Shown piece after piece: positions 46,279-56,031 of a stretch of 64,000 nucleotides of DNA. The notes under the pieces were generated by a model. The model did not search any database. It was not told where the DNA came from and saw only the letters and a list, made by a program, of their open reading frames with translations. Position 1 is the first letter of the stretch, and each line of letters opens with the position of its first letter. A program made the position numbers and the translations under genes. This DNA is from an uncultured bacterium. Lineage in GTDB: Bacteria > Verrucomicrobiota > Verrucomicrobiia > Verrucomicrobiales > V1-33. Location of the stretch: contig CAIZWU010000198.1 of the NCBI GenBank assembly GCA_903936775.1, positions 48 through 64,047 of the forward strand, in the 5' to 3' direction.

Positions 46279-49200
46279 TTACTTCTGGATCGCAAATTCG
46301 GGACACATCGAGAAGAGGTAGAGCGCCTCCCCGAGCCGGTTCATTTTGTCAGCATCGGTGGTGGCGGTGATGGTGCCCAGGTAATTGACCAGCAGCGTGC
46401 GCAGGTTCGGTGTCATTTGGCCCGGCATCAGCATGGTGGCGATATGATCGGTCAGGTTGCCGGCGCTGGCTGCGAGGGCGCGTTCGTTGGTGAGATCAAG
46501 TTTGATTTCCTTCAGGACGGAGCCGCCATAGCTGTAACCCTGTCCGTAGGAGAAAGGGCTGCCGGTATTGCCGGTTGATGAGTTCCGGCGGGTGAGATCA
46601 TAGAACCAGTTCACGGTGGTGATGGCGCTGGTCTCGCTGGTGATTTGGAATTCTGGGCTGTAGAGACCGGCGTTTCCGGTATTGCCGAGGAAGACGTAAT
46701 CCGGCTCGTAGAAGTTGAAGACGGTGGGGGATTGCAGGGGATTCTGTTGGAAAGGAGTCCGGGTGCTGCCCATTTCCCATACGTGGCGGAAATTGTTGCC
46801 GGTGCTGGAGAGCGTCCACTTCACCGCGTCCGTGCCAAGCGCAGCGATGACTCCGGTCTGCTGGTAATAACGATTACCGGTCAGGGCTCCCCCATTGGTA
46901 TTGGGGAGGGCACTGCCTCCGGGGGTGCCTGGAGCATCCCGGCGGGCGCTGGTGATCGTGATCCAGGCACCGTTCAATTCCGCAGCCGTATCGGCCAGCG
47001 GGGCCCGGGCCAGCGGCACTCCATTGGCCGTGAACAGGTAGAGCCCATTTTCGGGAGAGTTGGTATCGCCATTGGCATCCACCACCAGACCACCGGCAGG
47101 AGGGGCCGTCTGACGGCGCAGCAGGATCAGATTTCCCGGGGCCACCACAAAACTGAAGGTGGTGTCCGTGGAAGCCGTGCCCGTACCATCCGGATCAATT
47201 ACATCATCAAGGTAGGAGGAGGTGACGGTCTCCAGGGTGCCGCTGGTGTAGACCACATCGGCCGAGCGGAGCGGTCTGGTGAGATCGAGGTTCTTACTGG
47301 GGGAGAAGATGGCCACGCCGAGGTCGGTGGAATGGCTCCAGGTTGTTTCCGCGTGGCTGTAGCCCCGGAAGGCGCGGATCATCTGGGTGGCGCGCAGTAC
47401 GGGCTCCTTGAGTTTACCGAAGCCGGGTTGATAACGAGGGGATTGGTTGCGGGCTTCCGGATCCAGCAGGATGGCACGCATCACGGCCTTCATGTCGCCG
47501 CGGACGCCACTGCCATTGTCGGCAAAGGCACTGGCGGCGCGGTAAACGTATCCCGGGCTCGGGTTGGCGGTGACCATCCGCTGGATCAGCTGTCGGCAGA
47601 CAAAGGGGCCCACGTTCGGATGATGGAAGATGACATCATGGCTGGATTTCAGCTCCTCATCGCAGCTCAGAATAGTCGGCGTGGCATTGGCCGGGAGGAT
47701 GGCGTTTTCCAGCAGGAGTTTTTCACCGGTATCGTGGTCGGCCGTGCGCACTGTCATCGGACTGATGTAATTGGCGCTGCCCCCGGTGCCGTAACTCCAG
47801 CCGGTAAAGGTGTGGGCATACCCGACCACGTTATCCTGCCCATAGGTTGGCAGGGGCAGACCATTGGCATCCAGCACCAGACTGCCGTCAGGATGCAGCC
47901 GCTTCAGGCCGATGGAAAAAAGCTGCAGGATTTCGCGGGCGTAGTTTTCGTTGGGGATGTAGCCGGTGCTGAGATTGGGTTTTTTGTTGCCCAGCATATC
48001 GAGATACCGGCCCATGGTGGGATTCAGGGTCAGCCGCTCCAGCAGAGTGCGGAAGTTCCCCAGCCCGTGGTAGTAGAGCAAGTCATAGTATTGGGCCATG
48101 GCACGGGCTTTTTCGTCAAGAGGGCCGTCTTCGGAAGCGACCAGAATCTGGCTCAGCGCGAAAGCCATGCGGTGACGCACCTGCTCCGGGGCCTTGCAGG
48201 CGACCTTCCACCAGGCACGCCAGATTTCGCCGGAACTCTCGGTCACGGCGCCATCCGGATCGACTCCAGTGCGCGGGTAGCGCTGGTAGTAGTCCTTGAT
48301 AAAACTGGAAAGAGGCCCCGAACCGTTGTAAAAAGTGGTGCCGGTATTGGGGCGCCGGCGGGAGCTGGTGACTCCAGTATAAACTGTCCCAGGGAGGAGC
48401 GGTTGGAGCACGACGGTCTCGGGATCGATGCCAGGATTCATGGACAGCTGATCGTCCAGCCACTGAACATAACCACGGGACTGCACTGCTTCGACACTAT
48501 CCGGATCATACCCGCCAAAAGGAGCGAGGTCGGTGGCTCCGGTGGTGCGGGCTCCGTCCGCATCGTGCCGGGCGCCGAAGGTGGCCTGTTGCAGGAAGCG
48601 GACGATCTCCTTTTTGCGTTGAGTGGCATCTGCAGGCAGAGCCAGTTCGGCGGCTGGCGGTGCCGCCGGCGGGGTGAAGAACTGGGTTCCCACCGCCGGC
48701 TGGAAAAAGCCTCTGATTTCACCATTGGGATAATTGCTGGTGTGCAGATTGATATAGCAACTGCCAGCTTCAATTGAGGCAATCACGTCCGATGCGGTGT
48801 GATTGCCGGTGGCGGCAAAAGTCCAGTGGCGGATCCCGGAGGAGTCCGGCATTTCATCATCAATATCAAAGATAATGGCGCCGTTCGGACCGGGCACGGG
48901 CCGATTGTCATGCAGATGCTGGGAAATGATCGGGCCCGTCAGGTTGCTGTAGGTGAAGGTGAGTTCCGCCGCGGTCTTCCCTTCGTTGACAAAGAGGATG
49001 GCAGAGCCGGTGCCGAGGGTGGCGGCACCCGCCTGGGGGGTCATGTTGGCGATATACAAGGTGCCATCCGGGGTGGCGGCCGCCGGTGGGGTGTAGGGAC
49101 TGAGGGCCCAGCCGGGCACGATTTCCGAGGGACTGGTGCCGCTCTGGCCGGGTTGGAGCCAACCGACCGAGAGGTGGTCCGGTCCGGTGCTTTCCCGGCG

Positions 49201-51303
49201 CAGAACTTCAAAGTAATAACGCTGACCGGCATTGAGGCGGGCTTGCAGGGAGCGCTGGCCGGGCAGGGTGGACCAGGTGCCGGGCGCCAGCCCGCTGTTT
49301 GCCACCCATGAACGCTTGAGGCGCTGGCCGGGCTCTTCCGACGAGCTGAGCCAAAATTCAGCGGTCTCGTCGCCGGTCAGGAAAAAGGTGTAGTTGCCGG
49401 AAACCGGGGCGGTCAGGTAACCGCGCATGCGGTCTCCGAATTGCTCGCCCGAATCCGAGGGGGCCGCGAGTGAGGTCAGGGGGTGCGTGGAAGACGGCGC
49501 GGTGGACAGGGGCAGGGAAGCGATACCGGAACCGGTCAGACCAGTCCATATTTCCCGGGTCAGTCCGCCACCTCCATCCAGCACGAGGATGGCGACTTGG
49601 AACGAACCACTGCCTTGGATATTGGTTCCGGTGATGTTGGCGATGGCCAGACCGGCGGGAGCGGTGGTGACGCCGGAAATCAGACCACTGGCGGGATCAA
49701 GGCTCAGGCCGGCCGGCAGGCCGTCGGCGGCATATGAAGTGGCCACTGGATTGCTGCTCACCTGGTAGGAAAATGGGGCATTGCGCAGGGCAAATGCATA
49801 CGGTGCGCCGGTAAGAACCGGCGTGGCCACCGCGGCGGGTACGGAAGGATCACAGGTGAATGCGTTGAAGGGGATCAACGATTTGGTGCCGTTGGGCAAG
49901 GTCCAGGAGAACCGGATGCGGGAGGCCGTCGGGGTCGTGGCGCTTTCACGGTAATCCAGCCGGAGATCCACCGGGACTCCGGCCGTGAAGGTCAGCGGGG
50001 AGTTGAGCAGCGTCGTGGAACTGGAAAATTCCGTGAGGGGAGTGGTGGTGCCGCTCCATTGGGAAATGCGGGTGCTCCCATTGACTGCCAGCACCGTGCC
50101 CCGGTCTGCCTGCACATGAAGAATATAGGCGCCACTGGCGGGTGGGATCAGTTTCCCTTCCCAGCGGATGGACCAGGAATCGGGCGCCGTCAGACCGGTC
50201 CCCGCAGGAGGGCCTGCGCCCCAGTCAAAATCAATCGGCCCATCCACCCGGGTCAGCTTGAGCTGGGCTGGGGCGAAGTTTAAATTGGTTGCCGGGAAAA
50301 CGGGGTAGGTGGTTTCCTCGGTATTATAATAACGTCCGATCAATCCCGCACGGGCATCATCAAGATAAGCCGTCGCCGATGACAGGGAGCCGACAGTGTA
50401 GCCCGCCCCCGGCGCGATGGTCAGCGTCAGCGACTCCCTGGCTTCCGCTACGCCGTCCGCAAGGGGAGTCACCGTCACTGTGGCCGCATTCACCCCCATG
50501 GGGAAGGTGGCGATGCCAGAGAGGGGGAGGAAATCGCTGCCTGGGGTCGCCGTGCCGCTGATCGTATAAGTTACCGTGACCGGGTTCAGATTCCCGGAGC
50601 GGATGAACTGAAAAACCACGGGTTTGAGGCCGGCTTCGGTTCCCTGGGAGATGCGGCAAGTAAGGTTGATCCGGTTATCCAAAGCCAGTTGCCCCACCAC
50701 GCGCTCCATGTCCGTGCGTCCATCTCCATCGGTGTCGGAAAGCAGACGGTCCGTCCCCGCTTTGTTTTCTTCCCAGTCGGTCACCCCGTCAGCGTCCGAA
50801 TCGATATCCTGCACGACCATGCGCATGAATTGAAGCGAACCGGAACGGGGGCAGACACAGTTCAAGGGGTTACCATCACCCACCACCGCCGCGCCTTCGT
50901 CCACCCAGGGACCGCTCAGGGTACTGGCAATTTGAAGCTGATATTGTTTGCCGGCCTGGGTCGCCCACTCGGTGCGGAGCCCGGCAATTTCATGGGTCAC
51001 GCCACTGAAATCCAAGCGGTCTGCGGGGTTCCGGGGATTCGTCCCGGCAGCATTCTCCTCACGATTGGTCTGGCCATCGCCGTCGGTGTCAGCCTCGGCA
51101 CTGGTCAGACCGGGGTAGAGGCTTTCATAAACATCACTGAGTTCATTGTGATTCTGGTCCACCCCCAGCATTTTGGCATGGGAACCCTCGCCGTGGGCAT
51201 AAAGCCCCGAGGCGGACAGCAGGCACAACAGCGCCGCCACAGACCGGACACTTAAACGGAAAAGAGGAGGAGTCGCCTTCAATATCAAGCAGGGGCCATG
51301 CAC
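46279..51303 (-). CDS. DUF1800 family protein with Calx-beta, two PA14, He_PIG and CHRD domains
   Basis: DTDGDG repeats, Calx-beta (GTATPGSDF), PA14 (IDFDWG..SIRWEG and FGDRMRGYL), GLPAGL Ig, CHRD (HLH..YINLHT..PNGEIRG), and DUF1800 (RFLQQATFG, RHRMAFALSQI, MGRYLD, PNENYAREILQLFSIG, GKLKEP, VFNFY). Confidence 0.9.
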   Translation of the reverse strand: MHGPCLILKATPPLFRLSVRSVAALLCLLSASGLYAHGEGSHAKMLGVDQNHNELSDVYESLYPGLTSAEADTDGDGQTNREENAAGTNPRNPADRLDFSGVTHEIAGLRTEWATQAGKQYQLQIASTLSGPWVDEGAAVVGDGNPLNCVCPRSGSLQFMRMVVQDIDSDADGVTDWEENKAGTDRLLSDTDGDGRTDMERVVGQLALDNRINLTCRISQGTEAGLKPVVFQFIRSGNLNPVTVTYTISGTATPGSDFLPLSGIATFPMGVNAATVTVTPLADGVAEARESLTLTIAPGAGYTVGSLSSATAYLDDARAGLIGRYYNTEETTYPVFPATNLNFAPAQLKLTRVDGPIDFDWGAGPPAGTGLTAPDSWSIRWEGKLIPPASGAYILHVQADRGTVLAVNGSTRISQWSGTTTPLTEFSSSTTLLNSPLTFTAGVPVDLRLDYRESATTPTASRIRFSWTLPNGTKSLIPFNAFTCDPSVPAAVATPVLTGAPYAFALRNAPFSYQVSSNPVATSYAADGLPAGLSLDPASGLISGVTTAPAGLAIANITGTNIQGSGSFQVAILVLDGGGGLTREIWTGLTGSGIASLPLSTAPSSTHPLTSLAAPSDSGEQFGDRMRGYLTAPVSGNYTFFLTGDETAEFWLSSSEEPGQRLKRSWVANSGLAPGTWSTLPGQRSLQARLNAGQRYYFEVLRRESTGPDHLSVGWLQPGQSGTSPSEIVPGWALSPYTPPAAATPDGTLYIANMTPQAGAATLGTGSAILFVNEGKTAAELTFTYSNLTGPIISQHLHDNRPVPGPNGAIIFDIDDEMPDSSGIRHWTFAATGNHTASDVIASIEAGSCYINLHTSNYPNGEIRGFFQPAVGTQFFTPPAAPPAAELALPADATQRKKEIVRFLQQATFGARHDADGARTTGATDLAPFGGYDPDSVEAVQSRGYVQWLDDQLSMNPGIDPETVVLQPLLPGTVYTGVTSSRRRPNTGTTFYNGSGPLSSFIKDYYQRYPRTGVDPDGAVTESSGEIWRAWWKVACKAPEQVRHRMAFALSQILVASEDGPLDEKARAMAQYYDLLYYHGLGNFRTLLERLTLNPTMGRYLDMLGNKKPNLSTGYIPNENYAREILQLFSIGLKRLHPDGSLVLDANGLPLPTYGQDNVVGYAHTFTGWSYGTGGSANYISPMTVRTADHDTGEKLLLENAILPANATPTILSCDEELKSSHDVIFHHPNVGPFVCRQLIQRMVTANPSPGYVYRAASAFADNGSGVRGDMKAVMRAILLDPEARNQSPRYQPGFGKLKEPVLRATQMIRAFRGYSHAETTWSHSTDLGVAIFSPSKNLDLTRPLRSADVVYTSGTLETVTSSYLDDVIDPDGTGTASTDTTFSFVVAPGNLILLRRQTAPPAGGLVVDANGDTNSPENGLYLFTANGVPLARAPLADTAAELNGAWITITSARRDAPGTPGGSALPNTNGGALTGNRYYQQTGVIAALGTDAVKWTLSSTGNNFRHVWEMGSTRTPFQQNPLQSPTVFNFYEPDYVFLGNTGNAGLYSPEFQITSETSAITTVNWFYDLTRRNSSTGNTGSPFSYGQGYSYGGSVLKEIKLDLTNERALAASAGNLTDHIATMLMPGQMTPNLRTLLVNYLGTITATTDADKMNRLGEALYLFSMCPEFAIQK

Positions 51304-51505
51304 GCCTTCCGGGAAAATTGCTCAATCTTTACGGATTAACGTTATAATTACTATAAATTATATCTGGCTGTCTTCTCCCGTGGCAAGGATTTTTTCCAAA
51401 CATTGCGTAAAAGTCATTTCCCGGCCCCTGCACAGCCCGTCTTTTGCGGTCGACTCACGGCCCCGTGATTTTGAGGATTGGCTGATCTTCCTGCCGTCGA
51501 CTCTG

Positions 51506-51548
51506 AAAAAAGGACAGGCATGGTTCCTTATCGGAATCCATGCCTGTC
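51506..51548 (-). terminator. Rho-independent terminator of acnA
   Basis: Minus strand has a GACAGGCATGG..CCATGCCTGTC stem followed by CTTTTTT, about 33 bp after the acnA stop. Confidence 0.85.
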
Positions 51549-51581
51549 TGGGTGCGCTTCGCGATCCGCAGGAAACCTTTG

Positions 51582-54329
51582 CTACGCTAGGGAATTCGCC
51601 CGGAGGATTTGGGCCAGCACGTAGGGTAGAATGCCTCCGGCCCGGTAGTAATCGATCTCGATTGGAGTGTCGATGCGCACGATGACCGGGATATCGAACT
51701 CCGGACCTTCCACCGGGGTGACGCGGAGTGTGGCTTCGGACATGGGTTTGAGGTAATTGGACACTCCCAGCAGGCTGAAGGTGGCACCAGACTGATCCTT
51801 CACCTTGTCGTAGTCGTCCTTGTGTTTGAAGTTGCAGGGCAGGACGCCCATGCCGACGAGGTTGGAGCGGTGGATGCGCTCAAAGGACTTGGTGATGACG
51901 GCTTTCACTCCGAGGAGGCTGGTACCTTTAGCGGCCCAGTCGCGGCTGCTGCCCATGCCATAGTCTTCCGCTCCGATGATGATGCTGGGGATGCCGGTAG
52001 CCATGTATTGGATGGCGGCGTCGTAGATGGACATTTCCTCACCGGAAGGCTGGAGCAGGGTATGCCCCCCCTCTTTGCCGCCCACCATCAGGTTTTTGAT
52101 CCGGACGTTGGCAAAGGTGCCACGCGTCATGACCCGGTCATTCCCGCGGCGGCTGCCGTAACTGTTGAAGTCAGCCTGGGTGACACCGTGGTCCCCGAGG
52201 AACTTACCGCCTGGGCTGTCTTTTTTAATGGCTCCGGCAGGGCTGATATGATCCGTGGTCACGCTGTCGCCAAAAATGCCAAGGGGGCGTGCGCCGTGGA
52301 TTTCCTCAATGTCCCGCGGGTCCATGGAGAAGGCGTCAAAGAACGGCGGTTCCTGAATGTAGGTGGAATCCCGGTCCCATTCGTAGACCAAACCCACCGA
52401 TCCCGGGATCTCGTTCCACTTCGGATTTTGTTCCGCAAAATCCGTATAAAGTTTCTTAAAGACTTCAGGACTAAGGGCCGACTTCATTTCTGCCGCAATC
52501 TCCTCATTGGTCGGCCAGAGGTCTTTAAGGAACACTGGTTGCCCTTCCGGATCAGTGCCAAGCGGGGTGGTGGCAAGGTTGATGTCGACGGTGCCAGCCA
52601 GCGCGTAGGCGACCACCAGCGGGGGAGACATCAGGAAATTGGCCTTGATGCTCTGATGAACGCGGGCCTCGAAATTCCGGTTCCCGGACAGCACACTGGC
52701 CGCGATCACATCCTGCGCTTTGACCACGTCCTCAATTCCTTTATCCAGAGGCCCGGAGTTCCCAATGCAAGTAGTGCAGCCGTAACCGACGGTTTGGAAC
52801 CCGAGTTTGTCCAACTCAGCCTGCAGCCCGGTCTTCGTCAGATAATCAGTCACCACCCGGCTGCCTGGCCCGAGGCTGGTTTTTACACTGGGTTTGATGG
52901 TCAGCCCGCGTTCGTTGGCTTTTTTCGCGAGCAGTCCGGCAGCCAGCATCACGCTTGGGTTGCTGGTGTTGGTGCAACTGGTGATGGCCGCGATGAGGAC
53001 AGAGCCGTGGGTGATCAAGTCTTTCACGCCGTCCTTGCTGTCCACCGTGACCGTGTAGGAAACGATCGGGGTATTCTGGTCCATCACGTCCGCGGTGACA
53101 TCCTTGGCCTTGCCATAGCCATCGGGGGCAGGGGCGATCAGGAGAGATTCGAACTGCTGTTTGAGGCCGGCTACATTGATGCGGTCCTGAGGGCGTTTCG
53201 GCCCGGCCACGCTGGGTTGGATACTGGCCAGATCCAAATCAACAATTTGCGTAAAATCCAACGCATCCCGTTCAGCAGGAATGCCCCACAGTCCCTGCGC
53301 CTTATAATAGGCTTCCACGACTTCGCAATTTTCGGCGGAGCGCCCGGTGCCGGCAAGGTATTCCACCGTGATTTCATCGATCCCGAAGAATCCCATGGTC
53401 GCGCCGTATTCGGGCGCCATGTTGGCGATGGTAGCGCGGTCCGGCAAGCTGAGCGCCTTGGCGCCGGGGCCGAAGAATTCCACAAATTTACCCACCACCT
53501 TCGTCTTGCGGAGGAGTTCGGTGACCCGCAGCACCAGATCGGTCGCAGTTACGCCGGGCAGCAGGGCGCCGTCCAAGTAAACGCCGACCACTTCCGGGAC
53601 CAGGAAGGTGACCGGCTGGCCCAGCATGCCGGCCTCGGCTTCGATGCCGCCCACCCCCCATCCCACGACGCCCAATCCGTTGATCATGGTGGTGTGCGAA
53701 TCGGTGCCGACCAGAGTATCAGGATAGTAAATACCATCCTTATCCAGCACACACTTAGCGAGATACTCCAAATTCACTTGGTGGACAATCCCGATCCCGG
53801 GAGGCACCACCTTGAAGGTATCGAAGGCCTGTTCGCCCCACTTCAAAAACTGATAGCGCTCGCGGTTGCGGTGGAATTCCAAATCCAGATTCCGCTGCAG
53901 CGAATCGCTGGTCCCGGCAAAATCCACCTGAACACTGTGGTCCACCACCAGATCCACCGGGACGAGCGGCTCGATCATTTTGGGGTTTTTGCCCATCCGG
54001 GCCACGGCGCTGCGCATCGCGGCCAAATCCACGAGGAGCGGCACTCCGGTAAAGTCCTGCAAAACGATGCGGGCCACCACGAAGGGGATTTCGTACTCGC
54101 CGGGGGATTTGGCGTTGTAGCCCGCCAAATTCTTCACATCGGCCTCCGTCACCTTTTTGCCGTCACAATTACGTACCAGCGACTCGAGGACGATCCGGAT
54201 GGAAACGGGCAACCGGCTCAGATGCGGCGCCACTCCCGACTCCGCCAGCGCGGGCAGGGAGTAAAATTTTCCTTCAAGACCAGACGTCGTTTTGAATGTG
54301 CGGAGGGTATTCACTGGGGATGGATGCAA
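51582..54329 (-). CDS. acnA: Aconitate hydratase AcnA
   Basis: [59 protein letters not shown] and [10 protein letters not shown]. Confidence 0.97.
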   Translation of the reverse strand: MHPSPVNTLRTFKTTSGLEGKFYSLPALAESGVAPHLSRLPVSIRIVLESLVRNCDGKKVTEADVKNLAGYNAKSPGEYEIPFVVARIVLQDFTGVPLLVDLAAMRSAVARMGKNPKMIEPLVPVDLVVDHSVQVDFAGTSDSLQRNLDLEFHRNRERYQFLKWGEQAFDTFKVVPPGIGIVHQVNLEYLAKCVLDKDGIYYPDTLVGTDSHTTMINGLGVVGWGVGGIEAEAGMLGQPVTFLVPEVVGVYLDGALLPGVTATDLVLRVTELLRKTKVVGKFVEFFGPGAKALSLPDRATIANMAPEYGATMGFFGIDEITVEYLAGTGRSAENCEVVEAYYKAQGLWGIPAERDALDFTQIVDLDLASIQPSVAGPKRPQDRINVAGLKQQFESLLIAPAPDGYGKAKDVTADVMDQNTPIVSYTVTVDSKDGVKDLITHGSVLIAAITSCTNTSNPSVMLAAGLLAKKANERGLTIKPSVKTSLGPGSRVVTDYLTKTGLQAELDKLGFQTVGYGCTTCIGNSGPLDKGIEDVVKAQDVIAASVLSGNRNFEARVHQSIKANFLMSPPLVVAYALAGTVDINLATTPLGTDPEGQPVFLKDLWPTNEEIAAEMKSALSPEVFKKLYTDFAEQNPKWNEIPGSVGLVYEWDRDSTYIQEPPFFDAFSMDPRDIEEIHGARPLGIFGDSVTTDHISPAGAIKKDSPGGKFLGDHGVTQADFNSYGSRRGNDRVMTRGTFANVRIKNLMVGGKEGGHTLLQPSGEEMSIYDAAIQYMATGIPSIIIGAEDYGMGSSRDWAAKGTSLLGVKAVITKSFERIHRSNLVGMGVLPCNFKHKDDYDKVKDQSGATFSLLGVSNYLKPMSEATLRVTPVEGPEFDIPVIVRIDTPIEIDYYRAGGILPYVLAQILRANSLA

Positions 54330-54620
54330 TGGATAAAAAAGCGGCTGATTTCAGCGTGAAACATAGTCAAAACCAGCACAGACCGTCCGGCAAGCGCATC
54401 ACGTGCCAGAAATTCAGAAAAACCGGTCCATTCAAAGAGCTTGCCGGACCCGTCCGCGGCGAACGAGCGCAACACGGCAAAGCCGGAATTAAGCCGGAAA
54501 GAAGAGAATAAAGTGGCTGGCCTGAAGCAATGCCGCCGTTTTTCCACTCGACACCGGGCAGGGCGGGGTCCTTTTACGGAGGAGCGGCGTTATTGTGATG
54601 CCGTTGCCTGATTGTTCCTT

Positions 54621-55919
54621 ATGATGAAACGCCTTGCCTACACGTCTCCTTCGTTCGCTGCCCAACTCCGCCGGCTGGACCGGCGGCATGTGCCATCCGC
54701 GGAGTTGTCGTCCTATGTGGCGGGAATCATCGCGGAGATCGTCAAGGACGGCGACAAGGCCCTGCTGGGGTTTGCAGAGAAATTCGATGGCACGCAGCTG
54801 TCGGCCAAAACCTTGGCAGTGAACCCGGCGGAGTGGGAGGCGGCCTCGGCATCGGTTCCGCCGAAGGTGAAGCGGGCGCTGGCCCTCGCCCACAAAAATG
54901 TCCTGGCCTTCGCGAAAAAGGGACTGCGCAAAAACTGGTCGATGAAAAATGCCCAGGGCGCAGAGGTGGGTGAGGTGTATCAGCCGTTCCAACGTGTCGG
55001 GATTTATGTGCCCGGCGGCACCGCCCCGCTGATTTCCACCGTGATCATGACCGTGACGCTGGCCCAGGCGGCCGGGGTCCCTGAGATCGTGGTCTGCACG
55101 CCCTGCGACAAGGCCGGGCAGGTGAATGCGGCCATGCTGCACGCGCTCAAACTGGCGGGAGCCACGGAGATTTACAAGGTGGGGGGAGCTCACGCGATTG
55201 CTGCCCTCGCCTTCGGGACGAAGACGATCCGGCCGGTGGACAAGATCATGGGTCCCGGCAATAAATTTGTGGTGGAGGCCAAACGGCAGCTTTTCGGAGC
55301 GGTGGCGATCGATCTGCTGCCCGGCCCCAGCGAGATCATGGTGCTGGCCGATGAGACCGCCAATCCAGCCTTTATTGCCTCGGATCTGCTGGCACAGGCG
55401 GAACACGGCAAGGACAGTCAGGTGCTCCTGGCCACCACTTCGGCGGAACTGCTGGATGCGGTGGAGCGTGAAGTGGCCAACCAGCTTTCGATGCTGCCGC
55501 GCGCTGATATTGCCACGGAATCCCTGAAAACCGGCGGCACCCTGGTGCTGGTGAAGGATCTGGATCAGGGCATTGCCCTGGCCAATGCCTGGGCACCGGA
55601 GCATTTGAGCCTGGTGGTGAAAAACGAAAAACCGGTCTTGCCGCAATTGCGCTCGTCCGGCGCCATTTTTGTCGGCCACTACAGTCCGGTCGCAGTGGGG
55701 GATTTTCTGGCCGGCCCCAGCCACACCCTGCCCACAGGCGGAGCCGGCAAGTCCTTCCCGGGCCTGACGGTGGATCTTTTCCAACGCCGCACCAGCATTG
55801 TGAAGCTCAGCGCCAAGGCCTTGGAAAAGTCGGCTCCGGTGGTGGAATTGTTTGCGGAAATCGAAGGCCTGGCCGCGCACGGCCGGTCGGCCACCCTCCG
55901 CGTGGGCGGCCACATTTAA
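54621..55919 (+). CDS. hisD: Histidinol dehydrogenase
   Basis: GIYVPGG, GGAHAIAALAFGT, GPGNKFV, PGPSEI, QAEH, APEHL and AGPSHTLPT. Confidence 0.96.
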   Translation: MMKRLAYTSPSFAAQLRRLDRRHVPSAELSSYVAGIIAEIVKDGDKALLGFAEKFDGTQLSAKTLAVNPAEWEAASASVPPKVKRALALAHKNVLAFAKKGLRKNWSMKNAQGAEVGEVYQPFQRVGIYVPGGTAPLISTVIMTVTLAQAAGVPEIVVCTPCDKAGQVNAAMLHALKLAGATEIYKVGGAHAIAALAFGTKTIRPVDKIMGPGNKFVVEAKRQLFGAVAIDLLPGPSEIMVLADETANPAFIASDLLAQAEHGKDSQVLLATTSAELLDAVEREVANQLSMLPRADIATESLKTGGTLVLVKDLDQGIALANAWAPEHLSLVVKNEKPVLPQLRSSGAIFVGHYSPVAVGDFLAGPSHTLPTGGAGKSFPGLTVDLFQRRTSIVKLSAKALEKSAPVVELFAEIEGLAAHGRSATLRVGGHI

Positions 55920-55976
55920 GTTCTGAGGGGCATCCGGAGAGGGGGGGCAATGCGATGAGCCCCAAACGTGAAAAAC

Positions 55977-56010
55977 CCGTGTCATCTCTATCATCCGTGC
56001 TATCCGTAAC
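55977..56010. repeat. Degenerate ATCCGTG(T/C)C-type 9-mer repeat (REP-like half element)
   Basis: CCGTGTCATCTCTATCATCCGTGCTATCCGTAAC; resembles the arms of the 59690-59794 element. Confidence 0.4.
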
Positions 56011-56031
56011 CGCCTTACCCCTGCCTTCCCG

